NCBI GenBank assembly: GCA_964016885.1
Contig: OZ024747.1
Location: forward strand, 51,956,001-52,020,000
DNA from: Eledone cirrhosa
Taxonomy: Eukaryota
Reading direction: 5' to 3'
Length of the DNA stretch: 64,000 nt
Positions 15,281 through 27,409 of the stretch are shown one piece after another (within the stretch, counting starts at the first letter, position 1; every line of letters starts with the position of its first letter). The position numbers and the translations under genes were made by a program. Below the pieces are notes generated by a model that ran no database searches, was not told where the DNA came from, and worked only from the letters and a program-made list of their open reading frames with translations.

Positions 15281-15659
15281 GAATTAATTAATAATGATTA
15301 ATAATGGTATATCGTGAAATGGCCATACTCGATAACGAGTGAGCAGCCATCCTCATCATGTATGTACGTATGTATGTATGCATGCATGTGTGTGTGTATG
15401 TATGTATGTATGTATGTATGTATGTATGTATGTATGTATGTATGTTCTTCTGATTTTATAATTTCACAAATTTTTGCCAATAGAGAGAGAGAGATTGTTT
15501 CTAAAATAGATACAAGACTCTCTCATTGGAATTTACACAACATCAACTAGGTAGATATGTATGCATTTCTGCATGCATGAATGTGTAGATATGGATGTTA
15601 TTGTATGTGTGGGTGTGTATGTTTTGAGTTATATGTGTGCATGTGTATATGTTTTGTAT

Positions 15660-17503
15660 CTGTACATGTGTATATGCAGTTATTAGATGCAAAATTTTTG
15701 GAATGTTTACATATTTTTATTGTTCCATTAATGGATTGTACTTGTAATTTCCTAACTAGTTGTGTTCTTTCTGTTCCTGTGAAACCTAGCTTCTCAAGAT
15801 GTGTATTGAGGTAGTTACTAACATATCCCAGTGCCCCAATAATCACAGGCATAAATCGGAAGGCATAATCAAGGTGGAGTATCTGCAGATTTCTCATCAG
15901 TTCTGCATAAATATTCTCCTTTTCACTAATCTTTGATATTATATTGGCATCTGATGGGCAGCTAACTTCCACTACTATGCATGCCTTCTTTTCCCTGTCC
16001 CATATCATATCTGGTCTGTTATGCCTGCATTTTATTGGGGTTTTACAGGAACATTCCACCAGTACTCTTTCATATTATGTACATGGATGTCTTCCACATT
16101 GCTGTAGCTTTTAATGTGTTTATTATCGGGGATATCTTATCTACCAATTGCATCGTACAGTGTTTTGGCCACTACCTCATGTCTCGTAGGTAGATAGTAC
16201 CGTGATGACATCTTTGGACAGCAGCTTATGACATGGGTGACATCTTCGATGCTAATTCTGCAGAGTCTGCACTTGTTATCACATTTAGGTGTTTTGCCTG
16301 CATCCCTATCTCTTTTGTGAATCAGGTATTTCGTGTTAATTTCCTGTTCTTGGATTGTAAAAGCGTATCCTTCAAAGTGGGAGCCAATATAGCGGTTGTT
16401 GGTCCACGATAGACTACTTTCCTTATCTATATTACTCTAACTCTGGAGCGTCCAGGCAACATATCCATGCATGATTTTTTGCTGATAAGAATGCAGTTTT
16501 TCATCCATGGATTCACTGCGATACTGCTGAGCGACTTCCCTGGGTGTGAGTCTTTGATTATCACACAGGGAATATTTTTCGAAGAGTTCTTTCCCAACTC
16601 TCATGATCTTATCTGTCTCATGCAGATAGACTTGCTCGAGAGACGGGCTCTACGCTTCGAGGTTCGTAGATGTTGTCAGAGGGATATGATGCGACATTCA
16701 AATGCTGTCTGGACTGATGTTAGGCCCCTGACTCCCTGCTTTCGTTTCAAGTAAAGGCGGTCTATTTCACTGTTGATGTGGAAGTTTCCGGTATTATTTA
16801 GTCTTTTTCGAGTTCTAACATCAATCGCTCGGATTTCGTCTATCGTCCAATTGAGTATTCCAAACGTTGGTGTTAGGACAGGCACAGCAAACACATTGTG
16901 AGCCACTGTTTTGTTTTGAGCAGAGAGTTCCGATGACCTTAATCGGGTGTAGTATTCCCTGGTTACGCGTTCCTTATTACAGATACTATTATAGGATATG
17001 TTCTCATCTATCCGCAGGTATCTATAGCAGTCCTCATCAGATATCGGTGAAACAGTTAGGCCATTAATGACAATGATGCTAGATTGGGTTGTTGTTTTTC
17101 CCCGCTTTACAGTCATATATGAGCATTTATCTTGGCCAAACTCCATTCATATATCCTTTGAAAACGTTGTAACCAAGTCAAGATTTTTCTTCATCCCATC
17201 CATGTCCTTGGCATAGAGTTTCAGATCATCCACAAAGAAATTATGGGTTAGGTTCGTATTTCTGTCCTCCTGTGAGCCAATGATGTATCCTTCACATATC
17301 TTGAGCAGAAAGGACAAGGGTTTTAATGACAGGATGAATAATGTCACAGAGAGACCGTCTCCCTGAAATATACCTCTGCGATATTTTATTTTATCAGTGA
17401 AAATAGAGTCCTCCTTCTCTGTCTTTAACCTTAGAATAGTAGCCCAAGAAGAAGACAGCTTCTTTATGGCTCTAATAATAATGTCTGCGACATTAGCAAG
17501 TTG
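15660..17503 (-). pseudogene. Decayed R4/Dong-like RT+RLE element (second family)
   Basis: IFQGDGLS, FFVDDLKLY, FGQDKC, DRLYLKRKQGVRGL, HNRPDMIWD..IVVEVSCP, PVIIGALG; stops and frameshifts. Confidence 0.88.
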
Positions 17504-17505
17504 GA

Positions 17506-17655
17506 CCAGGAAGTTGTTGACTGAAATGGAATAGACTATGGTTCATCAGCGCGTGCAAGGCCATACATTTCAGACATTTAGAGTTGTCTGAAATGTATGG
17601 CTTTGCACGCGCTGATGAACCATGGGCTATTCCATTTCAGTCAACAACTTCCTGG
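17506..17655. repeat. Fold-back inverted repeat (71-bp arms, 8-nt loop)
   Basis: 17506-17576 is the reverse complement of 17585-17655 with ~3 mismatches. Confidence 0.9.
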
Positions 17656-17687
17656 CGAAACAGATCTCTTTGGATTTGTACGCGTGT
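17605..17687 (+). ncRNA. Complete type-I hammerhead ribozyme
   Basis: Stem I GCACGCG/CGCGTGT, CTGATGA 17612-18, stem II CCA(T)GG..CCTGG, GAAA 17657-60, stem III CAGATC/GATTTG, GUA with predicted cleavage after 17680. Confidence 0.85.
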
Positions 17688-18096
17688 GTTATATAGTTAT
17701 AGAGGTACGTATATACATTTTAATTTATATTTTTAATTATTGTGTCTACCCTGCCTTTCATAGGTTATAGATTCCATACACTTGTGGTTTTTCCGTTTTA
17801 TTTATGGCGCACTATCTCTCTCTAGTGTGTTGTCTTTTCAACATATTGTATTTTAAAGAGCTCAGGATTCCTTTTCCTTTGACCACATTATTGACAGAGA
17901 ATAACGAGAGTCTATGGCTCCGTTAATTTATCGTGATATTTCGCTCCTTATAAGAGTCTTTCCTTTCTCTCTGTTCGGTTGAGCACACTTCTTTGAGTGG
18001 TTTTGAGGGCTGCCCTTTCTGCAGCTCGTCCCTCAGATACCACTGATTCACTGCCCTAAACACGCTGTGACACGCTCCGGTAATTTATCGGGATAT

Positions 18097-18112
18097 ATAA
18101 TAATAATAATAA

Positions 18113-18143
<31 letters not shown>

Positions 18144-18324
18144 AAGAAGAAGAAGAAGAAGAAGAAGAAGAAGAAGAAAAAGAAGAAGAAGAAGAAGAAG
18201 AAGAAGAAGAAGAAGAAGAAGAAGAAGAAGAAGAAGAAGAAGAAGAAGAAGAAGAAGAAGAAGAAGAAGAAGAAGAAGAAGAAGAAGAAGAAGAAGAAGA
18301 AGAAGAAGAAGAAGAAGAAGAAGA
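18097..18324 (+). repeat. (TAA)n followed by ~70 (AAG) repeats
   Basis: Direct reading. Confidence 0.95.
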
Positions 18325-19585
18325 CTGGAGGCTGATGACATTAAGAACAAAAAATTGAAGGAATTGATAAGGAGCGTATTAAAGTCACATCTGAACAGTA
18401 GGAATGCCATAAGTGCAGTCAATTCCCGGCTGTGTCTATTATTAGGTACAGTGCGGGAATTCTGAGATGCAATGTTACTGAACAAAAAGAAATGGATAGG
18501 AAGACTAGGAAGCTATTGACTATCTACATGTTCCACAAGAGTAGTGATGTCGATAGACTCTACTTAAGGACATCTGAAGGTGGAAGAGGTCTTATCAGCA
18601 TAGAGGACTGTGTTCAGATGGAGAAAAACAACCTACACAAATACGTGACTGATAGAAGGGAGCCAATGCGCAGAATTGTACTGAAGGAAAGGACAATAGA
18701 CCAGAGGATGTCCAGGGAGGAAATAACAACAAGGAGAAAGAGCAACCTTCATGAAAAATCCCTTCATAGTGCCTTCTTTGAGAAAACTGAATTTAGACAT
18801 CCACAGACATGGAACTGGTTGAAAAGAGGAGACCTTAAAAAGGCTACAGAAGGAATACTAATGGCTGCGCAAGAGCACGCCCTCAACACGAAGTGGGTGA
18901 AACACCATAATTACAAGGAGGAGGCTAGCCCACTGTGTAGGATCTGTGGAGAGAGAGAAGAGACTGTGGCTCACATTGTATCCGAGTGTAAACACCTAGC
19001 CCAGACTCACTATAAAGGCTGGAGACATGACGTGATGGGCAGGGTGATCCACTGGCACCTATGCAAAGTAAACAATTACCACATTCTGAGAAGTGGTATG
19101 AGCATAAGCCAGAGTCGGTGATGGAAAACGATCAGGTGAAGCTACTGTAGGATTTTAGGATACAGACAGACAAGAAACTGGAACACAATAGACCTGACCT
19201 GGTGGTTTTGGACAAGGAAAAAAGATCGTGCCTGATTGTGGATGTAGCCTGCCCATTCGAAACGAGAGTGCAAGAGAAGGAGAGGGAGAAAATTAACCGA
19301 TATCAGGACTTAAAGTGGGAGATAAAAACGATTTGGAACTGCCATGAGGTCAAAGTGGTCCTGATTGTCATAGGCGCACTAGGTACTATCTCAAAGAGTT
19401 TCCAAGGATGGTTAAAGAAAATTGGTCCCGCCCCGCTTTTTGGAACACTTCAAAAGGCATGCTTGCTGGGAACAGCAAGAACCCTCCGATACGTCCTGAA
19501 TATCTGAGGCTGCAGGTAGTGGCTTGATAATCATTTCAACAGACTTTCCAGTTAAATAACATCAATGACTGAGACTCAAAGAACA
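18325..19585 (+). mobile_element. Older 5'-truncated copy of the Dong/R4 element
   Basis: Collinear with 22730-24014; deletions, frameshifts and a stop; same 3' UTR then (TAA)n. Confidence 0.92.
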
Positions 19586-19588
19586 ATG

Positions 19589-19651
<63 letters not shown>

Positions 19652-20430
19652 TATATTGTTATAAGGCTCAAATATTCAAATATTCAACTTTGTATTGTAC
19701 ACTGTATATCCAAAAAAGAAAATGGCTATAAATGGAAGAAGAACCCCCCCCCCCCCCCCCCTCCTCCTCTGTATACACTATATAGAACAGCCAAACTCAC
19801 CAACACCAGAAACTAGATACACCACCCACCCTATCACCTGTGTACACTAAACCACCACCGATCACTACGGCCATCATTACAACCATTATCCCATCACCGC
19901 CGCCACCACCCCTTCACTCCTTCACTGCTGCCACCGCTACAGCACCATCGCTACAGTAATACGGTCACATCACCGCCACCACTGTCTCGGTATCGACATC
20001 ACCACCACCACTGTCTCAGTATCGCTACCGCCGCCAGTCTCCCACTTCTTCTTTTAGCTGGCTGCTGCCACCACATTATAGAATCCCTACTGCTAAAAAA
20101 GAGGAAGGCATCAAAATATATAGATAGACTCAAAAGAAAAAAGAAAAAATAAACAACAAAAGCAGCACAGCAACAACAGTAAAAAACGAGAAAAACAGAG
20201 AAAAACAAAAACAAAAAAAGAAACCCCCAAAACGTAAAGAAAATAAGAATGAAGAGAGAGGCAGGCGGACGGACAGAGAAGAGGGGGGAAAAAGTAAAAC
20301 TTAAAAAACAAAAACTAAGTCAGACATTCGAATACTACATTACAATGAAACTTATGCTTATTCATTTTTGGGGCCCTTTCTGCCCGTGTGTTTGTTTGTT
20401 TATGTGTGTCCGTATACAGCGTGGTGATAA

Positions 20431-23400
20431 TGCCACACAAGGGCCAAGTGGGATGGCGGATCCACAGATGGCTATGTAAACATACATTCGCCAATCCTCG
20501 ATAAGAGTGTTTAAATATCGAACATAAACAGTTCGAATAACGGTGAAATGGAGACTAGAACGTCATGTGACAGACTCTCACCCAACAGGTGCCCCCTGGC
20601 TCAGCAGCAGGAACCTGACTGTCAACGAAATACTGCTGATGTTGGAGGAAGAAGAAGAAGGAAAGGGGCCAGAACCAACTGGACGAAAGAATTGAATAGA
20701 ACTGTTATGCAATGCTACCTGAAAAGTAACCCCAAGGAGAGGGGCTACAGGAGACGGATGCATAACATCTGGAACGAGATTGGTTTATTTAAATTAGATG
20801 AACAAAAATTGGCCGGGCAGGCTCGGGTAATAAGAACTAATGGGTGGATAAGCGAGCTGGAACTGGAGGAACTGAGCAGAGAGAATGGCTTGGAGATGGC
20901 GGGTGTAGTATGCCAGACAAGCGAGCCGGCGGGAAATGAAGGTGAGGAGGTCCTGAGAGCGGAGGAACCACCCGAAGCAGACAATGATCTGAATACTGAG
21001 ATAAATAATACCTGGAACAGAGATACGGCCACTGAGGAGATGAATGCTGACGGGCTAGGACAAGATTCGGTTGACATCCTAAATTTAGTGGTAGATGAGT
21101 TGAACAATGATAGTGGGAGACCTATGAACCTAAGATTTGTAGACAGGAAAAAGTTAAAAGAAACAACAGCTAAGGTAAACAAAGTCATCCCATACCTTGA
21201 GGCGAGGAGTCTTCACCAGTGCAACAATATCCTCAAAGCAACAGCAAATACGGTGAGGAAACTACTTGGTATAAAAGCGAGAGGAAACAACAGACAAGAA
21301 AGAGCAGAGCCGTGGTGGAAGAAGCGACTGAGTGGGCAAATCGGGGAAATGAGAAATGACATAGGAAAGCTTGAGTCACTACTGAATGGGACACTAAAAA
21401 ACATAGGCACTAAAAATAGACTGGAAATAAAATACAAAACTAGGAGTAAAAAGCTAAATATTATCATAGAGGAATTGAAGCAACGCATTGTAGCAAAGAG
21501 TGCCAAAATCAGGCGATACGAGAACAGAGTCAGTCAGTATAAACAGAACCGCATGTTCGACAACAACCAGAAGATGCTGTTTGGACAGCTTGAGGGGAAA
21601 GAAAGAGGCACCGACTTGATCCCTGGGGCGGAACAAGCTAAAACATTCTGGAGAGGAATATGGGAGCAGGATGTTAGACACAATGCCCAGGCAGGGTGGA
21701 TTGAGACAGTACAGAGGGAGATCGGTGAGCAGGCACAGCAACAGACTGATTTGAGTATCACAGTTGAAACTCTTAAGGGGCAAGCCAAAAAACTAACCAA
21801 CTGGAAATCACCAGGCCCAGATGGTGTGCAGGGGTATTGGATTAAACATTTAACATCCCTCCACCCGAAGCTGACGGCCATGTTCAATGACTGCTTGGTG
21901 TCGGGTGAGGTGCCAGAGTGGTTGACAAAAGGTACCACAGTTCTGATAATGAAAGACCGAATCAAGGGTAATGATGTTACCAACTATAGACCTATCACAT
22001 GTCTGCCCGTAATGTGGAAACTGTTGACGAGCATTGTGTCTGAGGAAATCTACCATCACCTCCACACAAACAACTTGTTGCCGGACGAACAGAAAGGATG
22101 CCGAAAGAAGTCACGTGGTACAAAGGACCAGTTGCTTATTGATAAGATGGTAATGGGGAATTGCAGGAGGAGACACACTGATCTTGCCATGGGATGGATA
22201 GACTACAGAAAGGCATTTGACATGGTGCCTCATTCCTGGATCACCAAAAGCCTGGAGATCTTCAGGGTGGCAGATAACATCAGACAGTTGCTGGGCAGGA
22301 GTATGGGGTCCTGGGAGACAGAGTTGACATCAACTGGAGTATCCTTGGGAAGCGTGAAGATCAAGAGAGGTATCTTCCAGGGAGATAGCCTGTCCCCTCT
22401 GTTGTTTGTCCTTGCCCTGATGCCCTTGACCATTATGCTGCGAAAAGTGAGAGCAGGATACAAGTTGGGAAGGGGAGAGCTTACCATCAATCACCTCCTC
22501 TTCATGGACGATCTTAAGCTCTTCGGGAAAAGTGAGAAGGAGTTGGATGTGCTTGTTGACACTGTCCGTATTTTCAGCAGTGATATATGTATGCAGTTTG
22601 GTATTGGTAAATGTGGAGTCATTGTGATGAGGAGGGGTAGGTTGAGCAGAAGTAACGGGATCCAGATACCAACAGGTGAGATGATAAAGGAAATTGACTC
22701 TGAGGAAGGATACAAGTATTTGGGCGTTCTGGAGGCTGATGGCATAAAGAACAAAAAAATGAAGGAATTGTTAAGAACTGAATACATTCGGAGAGTAAGG
22801 AGCGTATTGAAGTCACATCTGAACAGCAGAAATGCCATAAGCGCAGTAAATTCCCGAGCTGTGTCTATTATTAGGTACAGTGCGGGAATTCTGAGATGGA
22901 ATGTTGCTGAACAAAAAGAAATGGATAGGAAGACTAGGAAGCTATTGACTATCTACAACATGTTCCACAAGAGGAGTGATGTCGATAGACTCTACCTAAG
23001 GAGATCTGAGGGTGGAAGAGGTCTTATCAGCATAGAGGACTGTGTTCAGATGGAGAAAAACAACCTATACAAATACGTGACCTATAGTAAGGAGCCAATG
23101 CTCAGAGCTGTACTGAAGGAGGGGAGAGTAGGCCAGGGGATACCCAAGGAGGAAATAACATCAAGGAGGAAGAGCAGCCTTAAGGGAAAATCCCTTCATA
23201 GTACCTTCTTTGAGAAAACTGAATTTAGAGATCCACAGACATGGAACTGGTTGAGAAGAGGAGACCTCAAAAAGGCTACAGAAGGAATGCTAATGGCTGC
23301 GCAGGAGCAGGCCCTCAAAACGAAGTGGTTGAAGCACCATATCTACAAGGAGGAGGCTAGCCCACTGTGCAGGATCTGTGGAGAGAGAGAGGAGACTGTG

Positions 23401-24014
23401 GCTCACATTGTGTCCGAGTGTAAACACCTAGCCCAGACCCACTATAAGGGCTGGAGACACGATGTGATGGGCAGGGTGATCCACTGGCACCTGTGCAAAG
23501 TAAACAATCTACCACATTCTGAGAAATGGTATGAGCATAGGCCAGAGGCGGTGATGGAGAACAGTCAGGTGAAGGTGCTGTGGGATTTTAGGATACAGAC
23601 GGACAAAAAACTGGAACACAATAGACCTGACCTGGTGGTTGTGGACAAAGAAAAAAGATCGTGCCTGATTGTGGATGTGGCCTGCCCGTTCGACACGAGA
23701 GTGCAAGAGAAGGAGAGGGAGAAAATTAACCGATACCAGGACCTAAAGTGGGAGGTGAAAAGGATTTGGAACTGCCATGAAGTCAAAGTGATCCCGATTG
23801 TCATAGGCGCACTGGGGACTATCTCCAAAGGTTTCCAGGGATGGTTAAAGAAAATCGGCCCCTTCACGCTTTTTGGAACGCTTCAAAAGGCATGCTTGCT
23901 TGGAACGGCAAGAACCCTCCGATACGTCCTGAATATCTGAGGCTGCAGGTAGTGGCTTGATATTCAATCCAACGGACTTTCCAGTTAACCAACATCAATG
24001 ACTGAGATTCAAGG
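20431..24014 (+). mobile_element. Full-length R4/Dong-clade non-LTR retrotransposon, copy A
   Basis: ~117-nt 5' UTR, single ORF, ~74-nt 3' UTR, AATAAC-AATAAC-(AAT)n tail; ends defined by identity with copy B. Confidence 0.95.
20548..23940 (+). CDS. 1130-aa RT + CCHC + restriction-like endonuclease protein
   Basis: N-terminal WT..N..M.CY..GYRRRM..IW block; RT KSPGPDG, NYRPITCL, DYRKAFD, GIFQGDSLSP, FMDD; CRIC..H..EC; RHD; RPD..D..K..RY. Confidence 0.96.
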   Translation: METRTSCDRLSPNRCPLAQQQEPDCQRNTADVGGRRRRKGARTNWTKELNRTVMQCYLKSNPKERGYRRRMHNIWNEIGLFKLDEQKLAGQARVIRTNGWISELELEELSRENGLEMAGVVCQTSEPAGNEGEEVLRAEEPPEADNDLNTEINNTWNRDTATEEMNADGLGQDSVDILNLVVDELNNDSGRPMNLRFVDRKKLKETTAKVNKVIPYLEARSLHQCNNILKATANTVRKLLGIKARGNNRQERAEPWWKKRLSGQIGEMRNDIGKLESLLNGTLKNIGTKNRLEIKYKTRSKKLNIIIEELKQRIVAKSAKIRRYENRVSQYKQNRMFDNNQKMLFGQLEGKERGTDLIPGAEQAKTFWRGIWEQDVRHNAQAGWIETVQREIGEQAQQQTDLSITVETLKGQAKKLTNWKSPGPDGVQGYWIKHLTSLHPKLTAMFNDCLVSGEVPEWLTKGTTVLIMKDRIKGNDVTNYRPITCLPVMWKLLTSIVSEEIYHHLHTNNLLPDEQKGCRKKSRGTKDQLLIDKMVMGNCRRRHTDLAMGWIDYRKAFDMVPHSWITKSLEIFRVADNIRQLLGRSMGSWETELTSTGVSLGSVKIKRGIFQGDSLSPLLFVLALMPLTIMLRKVRAGYKLGRGELTINHLLFMDDLKLFGKSEKELDVLVDTVRIFSSDICMQFGIGKCGVIVMRRGRLSRSNGIQIPTGEMIKEIDSEEGYKYLGVLEADGIKNKKMKELLRTEYIRRVRSVLKSHLNSRNAISAVNSRAVSIIRYSAGILRWNVAEQKEMDRKTRKLLTIYNMFHKRSDVDRLYLRRSEGGRGLISIEDCVQMEKNNLYKYVTYSKEPMLRAVLKEGRVGQGIPKEEITSRRKSSLKGKSLHSTFFEKTEFRDPQTWNWLRRGDLKKATEGMLMAAQEQALKTKWLKHHIYKEEASPLCRICGEREETVAHIVSECKHLAQTHYKGWRHDVMGRVIHWHLCKVNNLPHSEKWYEHRPEAVMENSQVKVLWDFRIQTDKKLEHNRPDLVVVDKEKRSCLIVDVACPFDTRVQEKEREKINRYQDLKWEVKRIWNCHEVKVIPIVIGALGTISKGFQGWLKKIGPFTLFGTLQKACLLGTARTLRYVLNI

Positions 24015-24168
24015 AATAACAATAACAATAATAATAATAATATTATTTATTCTTATATATACAATATACATACTTATAAACAGGAAAGGTCAGTAATTCA
24101 TTACTACCTTATTACCAGTAGGAAAAATAGCTCAAGAAATATAGCATCAGATGTTTTACAGAGCCGGA

Positions 24169-24365
24169 ATATAAATTACAGAATAATCAAAACTATGTTC
24201 AATACATTTTATTGCTGACAATCGTTTCTTCCAAACTTATGTTGGAGGTTAATTATATGTCTAAACTTTGCTAGTGCTCTGATGACTCTAAACGAAAGTT
24301 TGGAAGAAACGATTGCCAGCAACAAAAGGTTTTGAACATAGTTTTAATTATTCTGTAATTTATAT
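24169..24365. repeat. Fold-back inverted repeat with hammerhead in right half
   Basis: 24169-24238 is approximately the reverse complement of 24296-24365. Confidence 0.8.
24275..24321 (+). ncRNA. Type-I hammerhead with mutated cleavage triplet (GCC)
   Basis: TGCT-CTGATGA-C-TCTAAAC[gaaa]GTTTGGA-A-GAAA-CGATTG-CC-AGCA; the inverted arm retains GTC. Confidence 0.7.
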
Positions 24366-24407
24366 ATATATATAAATATGAGTATAAGTTATATATATAT
24401 ATGTATA

Positions 24408-24463
<56 letters not shown>

Positions 24464-24529
24464 TTGACTGTACTAGCATAAGGTTTCCATGCCATATGTA
24501 CATGTATATGAAAACACACACACATATAC

Positions 24530-24571
<42 letters not shown>

Positions 24572-24878
24572 GTGTATGCGTATGTGTATTCACATAAACA
24601 CACACATCCACACATGAATATGTGATTATATGTATAGTTTGAACGCTTTGTGTATGTGTGTATATGTGTATATGTGTGTATGTGTGTATATGTGTGTATA
24701 TGTGTATGTGTGTATGTGTGTATGTGTGTATGTGTGTATGTGTATGTGTGTATGTGTGTATGTGTGTATGTGTGTATGTGTGTATCGTCACCATATTTGC
24801 AACAAGCCAACCTAATAAACATATCAACCAGTTGTCTTTCCATTAACGTGTAAAGAGGAAAAACAATAAATAATAAAA

Positions 24879-25275
24879 CATGATGATGATGGTGATGATG
24901 ATGGTGATGGTGATGATGATGGTGATGATGATGGTGATGGTGATGGTGATGGTGATGATGATGATGATGGTGATGATGATGGTGATGGTAATGGTGATGA
25001 TGATGGTGATGGTGATGGTGATGATGATGGTGATGATGGTGATGATGGTGATGGTGATGGTGATGATGATGGTGATGATGATGGTGATGGTGATGATGAT
25101 GATGATGGTGATGATGATGGTGATGATGATTATGATGATGATAACGACGATGATGATGATGATGGTGGTGGTGGTTGTGGTTGTAGTGGTGTTGGAGGTG
25201 AAGAAAATGATGACGATGATGATCATCATGACGATGGCGCTAAAGTTGACGACGATGTTGATGATGGCGATCATG
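24879..25275 (+). repeat. (GAT/GGT)n trinucleotide tract
   Basis: Direct reading. Confidence 0.95.
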
Positions 25276-25405
25276 ATAATAACAATAGCGATAAAGGGTT
25301 TACATAAAAATACATTAAGGACAGCACAAGACGGTCAATGTGGGTTTCTGGCGGTGAAAATGACAAAAGAAAATTCCCCAATGGTGTTAGGGGGAGGGGG
25401 AGATA

Positions 25406-25548
25406 ATAATTGTTTCTACTATTGGTACAAGGCCAGCAATTACCCAGTGCATTACTGGTACTTTATTTTATCGACCCCGTAAGGATGAAAGGCAAAGTTA
25501 AACTCGATGGGATTTGCACTCAGAATGGCAAGGGCCATAACTCTACGT
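25406..25548 (-). mobile_element. SINE family A, partial
   Basis: Matches the family-A body. Confidence 0.8.
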
Positions 25549-25676
25549 GTCGAATAATAATCGTTTCTAATTTAGGCAGAAGACCTGTGATTTGGGGGGC
25601 GGAGTAATATCAACTGCAACGAATGGCTGTGCATAAATCTAGAAGGTATTTAAATTGTGTGAAAACTACTTGATGG

Positions 25677-27308
25677 AGGGGACTATGGATAGACTACACC
25701 CTAACCCAGCTGAATGTTACATGAAGTAGGGGACTAGGGAGAGTTACTACACCTTAATACAGCTGAGTGTTACATGAAGTAGGGGACTAGGGAGAGTTAC
25801 TACACCCTAACACAGCTGAGTATTACATGAAGTAGGGGACTAGAGAGAGTTACTACACCCTACTACAGCTGGATGTTTATATGACTAGGGAGAGTTACTA
25901 CACCTTAACCCAGCTGGATGTTACATGAAGTAGGGGACTAGGGAGAGTTACCACACCTTAACACAGCTGAGTGTTACATGAAGTAGGGGACTAGGGAGAG
26001 TTACTACACCCTACTACAGCTGGATGTTACATGAAGTAGGGGACTAGGGAGAGTTACTACACCCTAACACAGCTGAATGTTACATGAAGTAGGGGACTAG
26101 GGAGAGTTACTACACCTTAACACAGCTGAATGTTATATGAAGTAGGGGACTAGAGAGAGTTACTACACCCTAACACAGCTGGATGTTACATGAAGTAGGG
26201 GACTAGGGAGAGATATTACACACTACTACAGCTGAATGTTACATGAAGTAGGGGACTAGGGAGAGTTACTACACCCTACTACAGCTGAGTCTTACATGAA
26301 GTAGGGGACTAGGGAGAGTTACTACACCCTACTACAGCTGAATGTTACATGAAGTAGGGGACTAGTGAGAGTTACTACACCCTAACACAGCTGAATGTTA
26401 CATGAAGTAGGGGACTAGGGAGAGATATTACACACTACTACAGCTGAATGTTACATGAAGTAGGGGACTAGGGAGAGTTACTACACCCTAACACAGCAGA
26501 ATGTTACTTGAATCAGAGGACAATACTTATATACAAATTTGTATGTAAAAATTAATTTGGATACATAGACAGCGGAAAAAAGAAAAAAAGCAATACTATA
26601 TTGCAAAGAGAGGGGCCAGACGCTCAACAAACATTGAAACGCTGTGTGTGTGTGAGGGAGTGGTAAGTCATCTAATGAAATATAAAATACACTCTTGACG
26701 GGTGCAATGTGTCCGAACACGGAAGAACCGAACTCCCACCATCAACGGCCCCATCTCTCTCGCCCTTCCCATCTCTCTCTATAGTGAGCAAATGGGGTCT
26801 CACGTGCTGGCCTCCCCACAGCCCCGGCGGACAGAATGGAGAAGGCGTTTTCCCGGAGTATGGTAGGAGAGATGCACTGGAAGAGCCATTCTATTTCGCG
26901 AGGCTCACACCTGCGGCTGGCCAGCTCAGCGCCTATGGTGGCGAGTAGGGAGGTAGCCCTAGGGCCAAGGACGCCAGAGGTCTCCACTGCCAAGGGCACA
27001 ACCACAACCTGTTGGAGAGCGACCGGTACTTGGAGAGTTTGGTCTCCTCAGCCTGAAGTGCAGCAGAACCTGGGTTAGACACAAACTGCAGCTGGAGAAG
27101 GTGTCGCTGCAAGTGGCATCCCAGACAAGAGGTTTGTCACCGCGGACGGGAAGATGCTCATACCGCCTGGCCTTATTACCGCCCCTTCGTTCCAGCCTCA
27201 CCAGCTCGATCCGGAGTCTAAGCCTGAAGGAAACGCCGATGCGCAGGCTATCGTTGTAGGGGACTAGAGAGAGTTTCTAAACCCTAACACTGCTGAGTGT
27301 TACATGAA
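25677..27308. repeat. 53-bp minisatellite (~15 units plus 1 unit beyond an insertion)
   Basis: Unit GTTACATGAAGTAGGGGACTAGGGAGAGTTACTACACCCTAACACAGCTGAAT (starts 25716, 25769...); resumes at 27256. Confidence 0.95.
26513..27255 (-). mobile_element. 5'-truncated CRE-like retrotransposon
   Basis: DSLRIGVSFRL, KPLVWDATCSDTF, VVPLAVETSGVLGPRATSLL..EWLFQCIS..ILRENAFSIL are CRE/MoTeR-like RLE C-terminal motifs. Confidence 0.75.
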
Positions 27309-27409
27309 CACCGCCACTACCACACTCATCACCAACACCCTCCAACCAACCTCACCACCACCACCATCTTCACCCTCACTACCACAACCTCCCTCACCAC
27401 CAATGTTTG

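Noticed and set aside
20431-20547. HDV-like or twister ribozyme in the Dong 5' UTR
   Set aside because: Partial pairing (TGCCA/TGGCG) only; P3/L3 or P4 could not be built by hand. Needs an Infernal search.
25677-26512. CRISPR array or twister-ribozyme repeat
   Set aside because: Units are contiguous with no unique spacers and there are no cas genes; TAA/GTCCC words occur but twister stems and pseudoknots do not close.
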